NCBI GenBank assembly: GCA_023248495.1
Contig: JAHFEK010000007.1
Coordinates: 4,770-68,769, forward strand
Direction: 5' to 3'
Origin: Nitrospinales bacterium
GTDB taxonomy: Bacteria > Nitrospinota_A > UBA7883 > JACRGQ01
DNA length: 64,000 nt
Made by a program: the position numbers and the translations under genes. Under the pieces are notes generated by a model, which did no database searches, was not told the origin of the DNA, and worked only from the letters and a program-made list of their open reading frames with translations. Positions 40,366 to 49,883 of this stretch are shown here, piece by piece; the stretch's first letter is position 1, and every line of letters starts with the position of its first letter.

Positions 40366-42446
40366 TAGATGTTCACCACGCCAAGGGTTTCTATTTCAGC
40401 GGTGGGGATGACCTCGTTATGACTCAGCACCACCAGATTGTTCACAAACCGTTCCGTCAACCGCCGCAGATGCATCCGCACCGCGGGCGACACCATGACG
40501 ATAGGCTGGTAGTTCAGCAGCGAGAATTTTTCGATCTCTTTTTTAAGCGTGTCGATCAGCCGTTGGGCGGCCGAGGGATCCATCGCCAGATAGCTGCCAT
40601 GCTGCGTCTGCTTGATCGATTCGGTAATCATGTCTTCGACTTTGCGCGAAAGGGTCAGCACCGGGAGTTTTCCTTCGGCGCTCAGGTATTGGTTGCTGAT
40701 GGGGCGGGCCAGCGCCTGGCGCGCGTATTCGGTCAGGATGTCGGTATCCTTGGTCACATGGCCCCAGTCGGCCAGGGTTTCCAGGATGGTGCCGAGGTCG
40801 CGGATGGAGACGTTTTCCCGCAGCAGGCCCTGCATTACTTTCTGCACCTGCCCCAGCGTCAGCACATTTGGCACCAGTTCTTCCACCACTTTCGGGGCGA
40901 TGGTTTTGTAGTTGTCCAGCAAGGCGCTGATTTCCTGGCGGCCCAGCAACTCCTGCGCGTGGCCGCGGATAATTTCTTTCACATGGGTGGTGAGCACGGT
41001 GGCCACATCCACCACGGTATAACCTGCCGATTTAGCGCGGTCGCGGATGGCTTCCGAAATCCAAAGCGCCGGCAGGCCGAACGTCGGCTCCACGGTGCGG
41101 ATGCCCGGCACCGGCTCGACGCCCGTGCCCGGATCCATGGCAAGGTAGTGGTTCATGTAGATATCGCCGCTAGCCACTTTCACTCCCTTGATAAGGACGG
41201 AGTATTCGTTCGGCTTGAGCTGCAGATTGTCGCGGATATGCAACGGCGGCACGATAAAGCCGTATTCGAGGGCGAATTGGCGGCGGATGCTCTTGATCCG
41301 GTCAAGCAGTTCGCCGTTCTGCGCGGCGTCGACGAGCGGAATCAGTTCGTAGCCGATTTCCAGCTCCATCGTATCCAGCGGGAGAAGCGCTTCCACTTTT
41401 TCCTGCACCGGAACCTGCGCCGCTTTCTCGGCTTCTATTTTGCCCACCGCCTCCATTTCGGTTTTCGCCTGGAAGGTGAGGTAGGAAATGGTGCCGGTGA
41501 TGCCTGACAAGACCATAAACGCGATATGCGGCAGGCCCGGCACGAGGGCAAAAAAGCCGAGCGCCCCGGAAGCGACCGCGAACGCGCGCGGGTGCAACAA
41601 CAACTGTTTGGCCACGTCGGTGCCCATGTCGGATTCGCTGGCGGCGCGGGTGACGATGAGGCCGGCGGCGGTGGAAATCACCAGCGCCGGTATCTGGCTC
41701 ACGAGGCCGTCGCCGATGGTGAGCAGGGTATACACGGTCAACGCGTCGGACAGGCTCATCCCCTGCTGGAGGATGCCGATGGCGAACCCGCCAAGGATAT
41801 TGATGCCGGTGATGATAAGCCCCGCAATCGCGTCGCCGCGCACGAAGCGGATGGCGCCATCCATCGAGCCGTAAAAGTCGGCCTCGCGCTCGAGGGTGCG
41901 GCGGCGTTGGCGCGCCTGCACTTCGGTGATGAGACCGGCGTTGAGATCGGCGTCGATGGACATCTGTTTGCCGGGGATGGCGTCCAACGTGAAGCGGGCC
42001 GCCACTTCCGAGGTGCGGACGGCGCCCTTGGTGATAACCACGAAATTAATGATAATCAGGATGAGAAAGATGACGGTGCCGACGACATAGTTGCCGCCGA
42101 CCACGAAGTTGCCGAATGCTTCCACCACCTTGCCGGCCGCCGAGGTTCCCTCGCTGCCGTGCATAAGGATGAGCCGGGTGGTCGCCACGTTTAGGGAAAG
42201 GCGGAACAACGTGACCACCAGCAGTATCGACGGGAAGGAGGAAAGCTCCAGCGCCGACTTGATGTAGATGGAAATTATCATGATGATCACCGCGATGGTG
42301 ATGGAGAGGGCGAGGAAGAGATCAAGCATGAACGCGGGGAGCGGCATGACCATAAGCGCCACAACGCCCAAGAGACCGATGGCCATACCAATATCGCTGA
42401 ATTTGGCGAATTTAGGCATCGCATTCGTTTCAGTCGCCGTCGCCAT
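40365..42446 (-). CDS. flhA: Flagellar export gate protein FlhA
   Basis: LNVATTR, ARFTLDAIPGKQMSIDADL, FYGSMDGA, GDGLVSQIPAL. Confidence 0.98.
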   Translation of the reverse strand: MATATETNAMPKFAKFSDIGMAIGLLGVVALMVMPLPAFMLDLFLALSITIAVIIMIISIYIKSALELSSFPSILLVVTLFRLSLNVATTRLILMHGSEGTSAAGKVVEAFGNFVVGGNYVVGTVIFLILIIINFVVITKGAVRTSEVAARFTLDAIPGKQMSIDADLNAGLITEVQARQRRRTLEREADFYGSMDGAIRFVRGDAIAGLIITGINILGGFAIGILQQGMSLSDALTVYTLLTIGDGLVSQIPALVISTAAGLIVTRAASESDMGTDVAKQLLLHPRAFAVASGALGFFALVPGLPHIAFMVLSGITGTISYLTFQAKTEMEAVGKIEAEKAAQVPVQEKVEALLPLDTMELEIGYELIPLVDAAQNGELLDRIKSIRRQFALEYGFIVPPLHIRDNLQLKPNEYSVLIKGVKVASGDIYMNHYLAMDPGTGVEPVPGIRTVEPTFGLPALWISEAIRDRAKSAGYTVVDVATVLTTHVKEIIRGHAQELLGRQEISALLDNYKTIAPKVVEELVPNVLTLGQVQKVMQGLLRENVSIRDLGTILETLADWGHVTKDTDILTEYARQALARPISNQYLSAEGKLPVLTLSRKVEDMITESIKQTQHGSYLAMDPSAAQRLIDTLKKEIEKFSLLNYQPIVMVSPAVRMHLRRLTERFVNNLVVLSHNEVIPTAEIETLGVVNI

Positions 42447-42536
42447 TTCTTACCTCATTCCGCCGTCAAAAAGTCGACGGAGGGAAAGCCCCGTCAAAAT
42501 CCCGTTCAGTCGGCATTTTTTATATAACACGTTGTT

Positions 42537-43607
42537 TTACTTATTCTTTCCCTTTAATTTATACACATAAGCAAGGATTTCAGCGATTGTCCGGTAGAGT
42601 TCTTCTGGTATCGCCTTGCCTATATCAATAGACTTAAACAAGAGCCATGCCAAAGGCTTGTCTTCGACGATGGGAATATTGTTTTGCCGCGCAATCTCTT
42701 TTATTTTTTCCGCGATATGTCCCGCCCCTTTTGCCACCACGGCGGGGGCGGCCATTTTTCCGCGGTCGTAGGCCAGGGCGATTGCTATGTGCGTGGGATT
42801 GGTGATGATTACTTCCGCTTTGGGCACCTCTTGCATCATCCGTCTGCGGGCCATGGCGTATTGGGCGGTGCGTATCCGCTGTTTCGTCAAAGGATCGCCT
42901 TCCGTGTTTTTCCGTTCGTCCTTGACTTCCTGCTTGGTCATTTTCATGCTTTGCTCATAGGTGTATTTCTGGAACCCGTAGTCCGCGGCCGAAAGCGCCA
43001 GCATCAGCAGCAGGACGTAGAACATCAACTTCACCGCCACGTGCGAGACGAAGAGGATGATTTGCTCGACGCCTTGATCGGAAAGCAGCGGGATGGTTTC
43101 GATTTCATTCCGGAGCACGAGGTAACAGATGTATCCGACGATGGTGATTTTCGCGAGTGATTTCAACAGTTCGGCCAGTGCGGAAGGGCTGAAAAAGCGG
43201 CCAAAACCGTTGAGGGGATTGAGTTTGTCCATCTTGGGCATCAGCGGCTCCAGGGTGAAGATCAGTCCGCCATTTTGAAAAATGGCCGCCGCCACGCCCG
43301 CGGCCGCCACGCCGGCCATCAGCGGCCACAGGATGACCGCAAGTTCTTTCATGTAGTAGATCATCAGCGGCTGTATGGAGGTGATGTCGAGATGGTATGA
43401 GGAACTGATGGTGAAGCTGTGGCGCATCATTTCGGCGATGTGTTCGCGCATGTAGCCGCCCCATGCGTTCAGGATGGCCAAGGCCACCAACAGCACGGCG
43501 GTTGAGCTGATTTCCTTGCTCTGGGCCGTGCGTCCTTTCTCGATTGTTTCTTCGCGTTTTTTATCCGATGCTTCTTCTGTACGTTGCTCCTTATCGTCTT
43601 CGGCCAT
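42537..43607 (-). CDS. flhB: Flagellar export protein FlhB
   Basis: RTEEAS.KK, KMTKQEVKDE..EGDP, ITNPTH autocleavage motif. Confidence 0.97.
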   Translation of the reverse strand: MAEDDKEQRTEEASDKKREETIEKGRTAQSKEISSTAVLLVALAILNAWGGYMREHIAEMMRHSFTISSSYHLDITSIQPLMIYYMKELAVILWPLMAGVAAAGVAAAIFQNGGLIFTLEPLMPKMDKLNPLNGFGRFFSPSALAELLKSLAKITIVGYICYLVLRNEIETIPLLSDQGVEQIILFVSHVAVKLMFYVLLLMLALSAADYGFQKYTYEQSMKMTKQEVKDERKNTEGDPLTKQRIRTAQYAMARRRMMQEVPKAEVIITNPTHIAIALAYDRGKMAAPAVVAKGAGHIAEKIKEIARQNNIPIVEDKPLAWLLFKSIDIGKAIPEELYRTIAEILAYVYKLKGKNK

Positions 43608-43630
43608 GGGATCCCCCGTTCCCTATTCCA

Positions 43631-44410
43631 TCAAGCCATGAGTTTCATCAGGCTGATGATGTTGTCAAACAGGTGGAATACCGAGCCGCGAAACACTTGG
43701 TAAAAGATCGGCAAGCCCGCGCCGATCATGAAAAGTCCCAGCGCGATCTGCACCGGGAAACCGACGATAAAGACGTTCATCTGCGGCACGGTGCGGGCAA
43801 TAAGTCCCAGCGCCACGTTGAGCAGCAGCATGGTGGCCATGACCGGCGCCGCCAACTTGATGGCAAGCACGAAGACATCGGCGGTAAGGGTGGTTATCAG
43901 ATCCACCAGCCCGGCGTGCGGCGTGAAGCCGAGCACCGGAATGAGGTCGAAGCTTTTGGCCGCCGCGGTGATGAGCCAATGGTGGCCGTTGATCGCCAAA
44001 AAGACCAGCAATGCGACGATATTCCAAAACTGTGAGGTGATGGATACCTGCGAATTGGTGGTGGGGTCGAGCACGTTCACGATACCGAACCCTATCTGAA
44101 AACCGATGAGCTGCCCCGCGAACTGCACCGAGGTGAAGATAAGCTGGCTGGCGTAACCGATGGTGAGGCCGATGGCAAGTTCCCCCGCCAGCATGAGCGT
44201 GAAGCGGCCCATCGGCATTCCCATGTCCACCGGCGGCAGCTTGGCCACGCTGAAAACGATATAGGAGGTGATGGCGACCAGCCCTATCCGCGCCTGGGCC
44301 GGAATAGTGGTGGCTCCCAGCACCGGCATGGTGAGCATCAGTCCGCTCATCCGCACCAACACCAGCGTAAAGCCGATGAATGCGCCGTAGTCGAGATTGA
44401 ACAGGTTCAT
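43631..44410 (-). CDS. fliR: Flagellar export protein FliR
   Basis: GELAIG, AGQLIGFQIG, ARTVPQMNVF.VGFP. Confidence 0.96.
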   Translation of the reverse strand: MNLFNLDYGAFIGFTLVLVRMSGLMLTMPVLGATTIPAQARIGLVAITSYIVFSVAKLPPVDMGMPMGRFTLMLAGELAIGLTIGYASQLIFTSVQFAGQLIGFQIGFGIVNVLDPTTNSQVSITSQFWNIVALLVFLAINGHHWLITAAAKSFDLIPVLGFTPHAGLVDLITTLTADVFVLAIKLAAPVMATMLLLNVALGLIARTVPQMNVFIVGFPVQIALGLFMIGAGLPIFYQVFRGSVFHLFDNIISLMKLMA

Positions 44411-44676
44411 TTTACGTATTGCGGGATGTTAATGAAGATGTCCGCGGTGAAGGAAAGCAGCACTTGCATCATCCAGGGGAAGAAAACCACGATAGCCACC
44501 ATCACCCCCAGAATCTTTGGGATAAAGGAGAGCGTCATTTCCTGGATGGAGGTCACCGCCTGGAAGATGGAAACCGCCACGCCGATCACCAGCCCTATGC
44601 CAAGCATCGGCGCGCTCACCAGAATGGTCACTTCCAAGGCCCGTTTGGCCACGTCCACGATATATTCAGGCGTCAT
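44407..44676 (-). CDS. fliQ: Flagellar export protein FliQ
   Basis: SIFQAVTSIQEMTLSFIPK. Confidence 0.97.
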   Translation of the reverse strand: MTPEYIVDVAKRALEVTILVSAPMLGIGLVIGVAVSIFQAVTSIQEMTLSFIPKILGVMVAIVVFFPWMMQVLLSFTADIFINIPQYVK

Positions 44677-44694
44677 TGCGTTCTCCTTGTCCGT

Positions 44695-45447
44695 TTATCC
44701 GAAGCTTTTTACCAGCGATCCGACGATGAGGTACCAGCCGTCCACCAGCACGAAGAGCATCAGCTTGAACGGCAGGGAGATCATGACCGGCGGCAGCATC
44801 ATCATGCCCATGCTCATCAGCACCGACGCTATCACCATGTCCACCACCAAAAAGGGGATGTAGATCATGAAGCCGATTTGGAAGGAGGTGCGCAGCTCGC
44901 TGATCACGAACGCCGGAATCACCACGTAGGTGGGGATGTCCTCGATGGTGCGGGGCTTTTTTTCTTTGGCCAAGCTGATGAAAAGCCCCAAATCCTTCTC
45001 GCGCGTCTGGCGCAACATGAAGGACCGTAGCGGTTTCATCGCGCGCGTCAGCGCCTCTTCCTGCCCTATTTTGTTTTCCGAATACGGCTGGTAGGCGTTC
45101 TCGTTTATCTGCTTGAAGACCGGCGCCATGATGAAAAAGGTGAGAAAAAGCGCCAGCCCGATCATCATCTGGTTCGGCGGCACCTGCTGGGTTCCCATCG
45201 CCTGCCGCAGGAACGACAGCACGATCACGATGCGCGCGAACGCGGTCATCATGATCAGCAGCGCCGGGGCCAGCGAAAGGATCGTGAGGATGAGAAGTAT
45301 TTTGATGCCGGTGGCCACTTGGTCGGGCTGGCCCGCCTCCTGCATCCCGATGCTGATTGTCGGCAGGCCGGCGGCTTCCGCCGCGGGCGCGCCGCACAGC
45401 AACAACGCGGCCAATACCGCGCCCGCCAATAGCGTTTTCATGTTCAT
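44695..45447 (-). CDS. fliP: Flagellar export protein FliP
   Basis: LRQAMGTQQVPPNQ, PAFVISEL, SLPFKLMLFVLVDGW. Confidence 0.97.
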   Translation of the reverse strand: MNMKTLLAGAVLAALLLCGAPAAEAAGLPTISIGMQEAGQPDQVATGIKILLILTILSLAPALLIMMTAFARIVIVLSFLRQAMGTQQVPPNQMMIGLALFLTFFIMAPVFKQINENAYQPYSENKIGQEEALTRAMKPLRSFMLRQTREKDLGLFISLAKEKKPRTIEDIPTYVVIPAFVISELRTSFQIGFMIYIPFLVVDMVIASVLMSMGMMMLPPVMISLPFKLMLFVLVDGWYLIVGSLVKSFG

Positions 45448-45452
45448 TCCCG

Positions 45453-46712
45453 TCAGCCTTGTCCCTGAAGCGTCCGCAGCTTGCCGGCGATTGACCGGGC
45501 GACATCCGAAACCATTTCATCTTTCCGGGTTTGAATGCCGTTTCCCTCCGGCTCCTCCGCGCGGGCGGTGGTTTTGATGGTTTCCTCGTAGCTGGCGATT
45601 TGCCGGGCAAATGCCGGGTTTACCGGTTTTTGCGCTTTGCGGCGGTTTTCCAGCCAACCCATGAACGGCAATTTCTTAAATACGCCCATCGGCTTATTCG
45701 GCAGCCGGTGGGCGAATTTTATTTCTTCGATTTTTTCCGGCTCGCTGTAGCGGGCCAGAAGGTTGATGTTGTGGTTGGTGACGCCCAGCACCAGCACCTC
45801 GCCCCCCACTTCGATAATGGTGACGTTTTTTTTCACGCCGATGAAGTGGCTGCTGAGCACCTTGAGCTGTTTTTTGCCGCCGAAACCCCCTTCTAACGCG
45901 CCAAGGTATTTTTTAGCCGCGAAGGAGATGACGAGGATGAGCGCCAGCACCACGGCCAGGGCGCTGCCGATCTTCACGAACGCTTCACCCAGCGACGGCG
46001 CTTGGGGAAGTGCCGGTTTGTCCAATGCGGGGAGCAGGCCGGCTTCTTTTACGCCGCTATCGTTTTTTCCCTTGCCCGGTTCGCTTTCCATTTTGATCTG
46101 GTTCAATGTGGTTTGCAGGCGGGCGATCAGTTCGGCATCCTCGGCGGCCATCGGCGCGGCGTTTCCGGCGCCGGCTTCCTCATTGGCGGCCGCCCCAGTG
46201 GATAGGGCGGCTTCTGCTTCCGGAGCTTTGCCATCATTTGTGGGGGCGGTTTCGCTCACCGCCTGATTTTTTGACGCTTCGGTCAGGGAGGGCGTCAAGG
46301 TTTCCGCCACCGGAGCCGCCTTGGCACCGATGGCAAACACAAGCTTTTCCCCGTTTGATTCGAACGAAAGACTCTTTTTAAGTGCGGCCACCGACTCCTG
46401 CGGGAAGATGCGTATTCGTAAAAGGGAAGGATTTATCTGGTAGAGATCGATTTCCTTGATCCCGGCATGATTGACTGAAAACTGACGTTGGGCCGGCTTG
46501 ACAAGGCCCCCCGGTATGTCGACTTGAACGGACTTTTCGTAATATTTAACAATGGTTTTGGGGCTTGAATCGAATGCCAACGCCACGCGGAACTGATTCC
46601 CGGCGGTGAAGGAGGTTATATCCTTAAATGCGATGGGAGCCGCGGCCGCCTCCGGGATGGCCCCCGTCAACAACCCCGCCAAAAACACCATAACAACGAT
46701 TAACTTTTTCAA
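45453..46712 (-). CDS. fliO: Long FliO/FliZ with an N-terminal exported domain
   Basis: TTG start after GAGGAGG; signal peptide, beta-rich domain, Ala/Glu linker, TM helix, then FliO core (GVKKNVTIIEVGGEVLVLGVT); precedes fliP. Confidence 0.85.
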   Translation of the reverse strand: MKKLIVVMVFLAGLLTGAIPEAAAAPIAFKDITSFTAGNQFRVALAFDSSPKTIVKYYEKSVQVDIPGGLVKPAQRQFSVNHAGIKEIDLYQINPSLLRIRIFPQESVAALKKSLSFESNGEKLVFAIGAKAAPVAETLTPSLTEASKNQAVSETAPTNDGKAPEAEAALSTGAAANEEAGAGNAAPMAAEDAELIARLQTTLNQIKMESEPGKGKNDSGVKEAGLLPALDKPALPQAPSLGEAFVKIGSALAVVLALILVISFAAKKYLGALEGGFGGKKQLKVLSSHFIGVKKNVTIIEVGGEVLVLGVTNHNINLLARYSEPEKIEEIKFAHRLPNKPMGVFKKLPFMGWLENRRKAQKPVNPAFARQIASYEETIKTTARAEEPEGNGIQTRKDEMVSDVARSIAGKLRTLQGQG

Positions 46713-46763
46713 AACAAATTCCTCCTCAAAGACCGTCAGAACTACTCTCTGTCGCAGGTAAAG

Positions 46764-46779
46764 AGCAAAAGCAGTGCCA
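46764..46779 (-). promoter_or_regulatory. sigma54 -24/-12 promoter (proximal)
   Basis: TGGCAC-TGCTT-TTGCT about 50 nt upstream of fliO. Confidence 0.75.
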
Positions 46780-46817
46780 TAATCGTCTTCTGACAAATTT
46801 CCCCCTCCCTTCCCCGA

Positions 46818-46833
46818 TGCAAGCAAGTTGCCA
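46818..46833 (-). promoter_or_regulatory. Second sigma54-like site (distal)
   Basis: TGGCAA-CTTGC-TTGCA, GG-N10-GC spacing. Confidence 0.5.
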
Positions 46834-47005
46834 TTGAGCCGCCGCGCAAGCCGATACAGCAAAAGATGGCGCGCGTTATCGCATTTGGTAGTAGAATGCA
46901 TCTGTTTATTATTTCGCCCCACGGGAAAAGGGGGCGGAAAGCTTTTTCGGGGGAACGGTCGAATACCGCAGGCTTTTTTGCCGCCATTTTTTCGGAGATT
47001 TTATA

Positions 47006-47329
47006 GTGATGGGGAATCGGTTCGGCATCACGGCTATTATGGCAATCGGGTTATTCCTCTGCGCGGCATGCGCGACCAATGATGTGGAGAGCGCCTTCGG
47101 ATCAAAAACCACCGGGAAAGAATCCGATAAAATCATTATCAAATACTGCATGAGTTGTCACACCCATCAGTCGTTTGACGCGGCGGCCCATATTCCCGCC
47201 GCGCAAAAACGCTATGCCGGTTCGGCAACCGCCCGTGCGGCGGAGTGCCGCGCCTGCCACACGTATTCGGTAAGCTGGCTGGGAAACGAAGTGCGCGGCA
47301 CGCACTGGATAGGCGTAAAAGAACCATGA
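47006..47329 (+). CDS. Small diheme c-type cytochrome lipoprotein
   Basis: Signal with LCAA-C lipobox; CMSCH and CRACH; extra His residues available as ligands. Confidence 0.8.
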   Translation: MMGNRFGITAIMAIGLFLCAACATNDVESAFGSKTTGKESDKIIIKYCMSCHTHQSFDAAAHIPAAQKRYAGSATARAAECRACHTYSVSWLGNEVRGTHWIGVKEP

Positions 47330-48708
47330 AGGATTCGGTGGGCCGCTTTAAAGTCGCCATCATCGGGATGGGAAAAGGGGGTCTGCCGCTGGCCAAGATG
47401 TTTGCCGAAGATCCCGATGTGGAAATCGTAGGGGTCTCCAGCCGGAGTCATGCCGGTCCCGGCATCGAATGGGCAAAACAGATTGGCATCTTCACCACCC
47501 CCGACTTTAAGGAACTTTTCAACCTCCCCCGCCTTGATATCGTCGTCGATGCCACCGGCGATCCGGAGGTCGAGGCCTTTCTGAAAAAGCTCAACCGTCC
47601 CGAAACCGAAGTGGTGAAAGGGATGACCGCCAATTTGCTTTGGCGGATGGTGGAAGAGCGTGTGGCGCGGGAGCGGGCCGCCAACCGCATACTTGAAGAG
47701 CAGATGCTGCTTTACAACATCGGCCTCATGCTGGCGAACGCGGAGAAATCGGATCATGCGCTTAGGTTGATCGTGGACGCGGCGATGAATCTGCTGGAAA
47801 TGGCCGCCGGCTCCGCCGCGCTGTTCGATGAAGAAAAGGGTGAGATGCGGATGGCCGTGGTTATGGGTTTCCGCGGTGAAAAGCCCCCCCTGCATATCTG
47901 GAAGGTGCGGCCCGGCGGGCTTACCGCCCATATCCTGTCGAACAACGAACCGACCGTCATCGAAGAGCTGGACAATAATACAAAGTTCGACACGTCGCAT
48001 CTCAAGGATCAGGGGTTCCGGTCGCTGGTGGCGGTGCCGCTGAAGGCTGAGGGCAAAATTGTCGGCATCCTGTATGTCGATGATTTCCGTCCGCGCAAGT
48101 TCTCCGGCCGTGAAATCAACCTGATGGGTTTATTGGGCGCTTTGGCCGCCAGCGCCGTGGAAAAAGTGTTGATGTTGGAACGGGCGGAGGAGATGGCGGT
48201 GACCGATGAGTTGACCAAGGTGTATAACCATCGTTATTTCGCCCGGACGCTCCTGACGGAACTCAAACGGGCCGAGCGCCACAACGAGCAGGTTGGGCTT
48301 TGTATGATTGACGTGGATCACTTCAAGAAATTCAACGATACGCACGGTCACCTGAAGGGAAACGAGGTGCTGATCGAAATTGCGAAAATCATGCGGATTG
48401 CGATGCGTGAAACCGATGTTGTCGCCCGTTATGGCGGCGAGGAATTCGCCGTTATTCTTCCCAAGACGAATAAAGACCATGCGGCGGCGCTTGCCGAGCG
48501 CTTGCGCGAGGCGGTTCAAGAAGTCAAATTTCCCGGCGCGGAATTTCAGCCGTTGGGCAAGCTTACGGTCAGCATCGGGGTGGCGGCGTATCCGGACGAC
48601 AGTGATATCGCCGATAGCGTATCCGGCCTCATTGAGTTGGCCGATCAGGCTCTTTATCAATCCAAGTCGGCCGGGCGCAACCGCGTCACGGTCTTCCGGA
48701 AAAAATAG
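47326..48708 (+). CDS. Diguanylate cyclase with N-terminal Rossmann-like and GAF domains
   Basis: VAIIGMGKGG..DIVVDATG; GAF (VAVPL..GILYVDD); DELTKVYNHR, DVDHFKKFND, RETD I-site, RYGGEEF. Confidence 0.92.
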   Translation: MKDSVGRFKVAIIGMGKGGLPLAKMFAEDPDVEIVGVSSRSHAGPGIEWAKQIGIFTTPDFKELFNLPRLDIVVDATGDPEVEAFLKKLNRPETEVVKGMTANLLWRMVEERVARERAANRILEEQMLLYNIGLMLANAEKSDHALRLIVDAAMNLLEMAAGSAALFDEEKGEMRMAVVMGFRGEKPPLHIWKVRPGGLTAHILSNNEPTVIEELDNNTKFDTSHLKDQGFRSLVAVPLKAEGKIVGILYVDDFRPRKFSGREINLMGLLGALAASAVEKVLMLERAEEMAVTDELTKVYNHRYFARTLLTELKRAERHNEQVGLCMIDVDHFKKFNDTHGHLKGNEVLIEIAKIMRIAMRETDVVARYGGEEFAVILPKTNKDHAAALAERLREAVQEVKFPGAEFQPLGKLTVSIGVAAYPDDSDIADSVSGLIELADQALYQSKSAGRNRVTVFRKK

Positions 48709-48726
48709 CGCCTAAACGGGCGAAGC

Positions 48727-49134
48727 TCAGCCCCCGCGTTTCGCGGCGTAGACGGCTTTGATTTTGTCGCGCAGATCCAGCGGATTGAATGGCTTCAGGA
48801 TGTATTCGCTCGCTCCCAGCTTGAGCCCGGTTTGGATATCTTCCTCGTGCCCCCGGGCGCTGAGGATCAGGACAACCACGTCGTCAAATTCTTTGCGTTG
48901 GCGCAGCTCCCTGAGGATCTGAAAACCATCCACTTTCGGTATGTTGATGTCCAGCACGATTACCTGCGGCCGTTCCTTCTCCACCAGCTTGATCACTCCG
49001 TCCGAGTCGTTTTTGGTGATGCAAGCCAGTCCCTCGTCCTGCAACAGGTAGGAGATGCCGCGCGTGACGTAGTATTCGTCGTCAACGACCAGAACCGGCC
49101 GGGCTTTTTTCATTGGCTTTATTTTATGCGGCAT
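48727..49134 (-). CDS. Single-domain response regulator (CheY-like receiver)
   Basis: VLVVDDE, VLDINIP, LSA, YILKPF. Confidence 0.93.
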   Translation of the reverse strand: MPHKIKPMKKARPVLVVDDEYYVTRGISYLLQDEGLACITKNDSDGVIKLVEKERPQVIVLDINIPKVDGFQILRELRQRKEFDDVVVLILSARGHEEDIQTGLKLGASEYILKPFNPLDLRDKIKAVYAAKRGG

Positions 49135-49176
49135 GTACGTTCATTATAAGGTAAAACATGGGGAATACAAGCGTTT

Positions 49177-49866
49177 CTACCGTTCTTCCGGCGGCCTGAA
49201 CGCCGAAACCGGCGGCGGGTCAACTTCCGTTACCCGGGTAAAATGAAATTCCGCCGCGCGGTTAATTATCACGCTGAACGTATTCCCTCCTTCACCGTAT
49301 GCAAACTCGAACAGGATCGGGGCCACCGACGGGCGGAGCAACAAAAGGTCTTTGATCCGTCCGTTAGGGTAAAATTTCCAGCGGCGCGTTACTCCGCTCC
49401 GTTCGTGCCGCAGCGTTTTATTTGAATAGTTGGCGTTTCCTTCGGTAAAAAAGGCGGGATCAAGGCAGGGGGGCAGATTGTCGATAAAGTCCTCGGCCCA
49501 ATAGGGTTTTCCCCCTAGGCGGATTGGCGCACCCTCGCGGCGGGCGAATGTTTCGCGCGCTCCTTGGGCTGGCGCCGCGTAAAAAAGGCTCTCTTCGTCG
49601 GCGGTGGCGAGAAACCAGGTGCTTCCCAGCGTATCGCCCATCGTGAGGCGCAGCCGGCCCGGCCGCGATACCAGGAGGGCCACCCGCGCTGCCAGCCGCT
49701 CGCCGCCAACGGTGAGGGTGGCGTTGCCGGTCATCAGCGCATGGGGCATGCAAAGGTTTTGGGACAGCAGCGGGGCAAGTTCCGGGGCGTCAGGCGCGGC
49801 GGCGCGGGGCGTTATCGCGGCGCACGAGATGAGCAGAAGCGGCAAAAGCGCGGACAGTTTTTTCAT
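49177..49866 (-). CDS. Lipoprotein, LolB/DUF4292-like
   Basis: LLLIS-C lipobox; beta-rich body; lies downstream of a TPR lipoprotein as lolB often does. Confidence 0.55.
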   Translation of the reverse strand: MKKLSALLPLLLISCAAITPRAAAPDAPELAPLLSQNLCMPHALMTGNATLTVGGERLAARVALLVSRPGRLRLTMGDTLGSTWFLATADEESLFYAAPAQGARETFARREGAPIRLGGKPYWAEDFIDNLPPCLDPAFFTEGNANYSNKTLRHERSGVTRRWKFYPNGRIKDLLLLRPSVAPILFEFAYGEGGNTFSVIINRAAEFHFTRVTEVDPPPVSAFRPPEER

Positions 49867-49883
49867 GCCATACCCGGCGAGGG

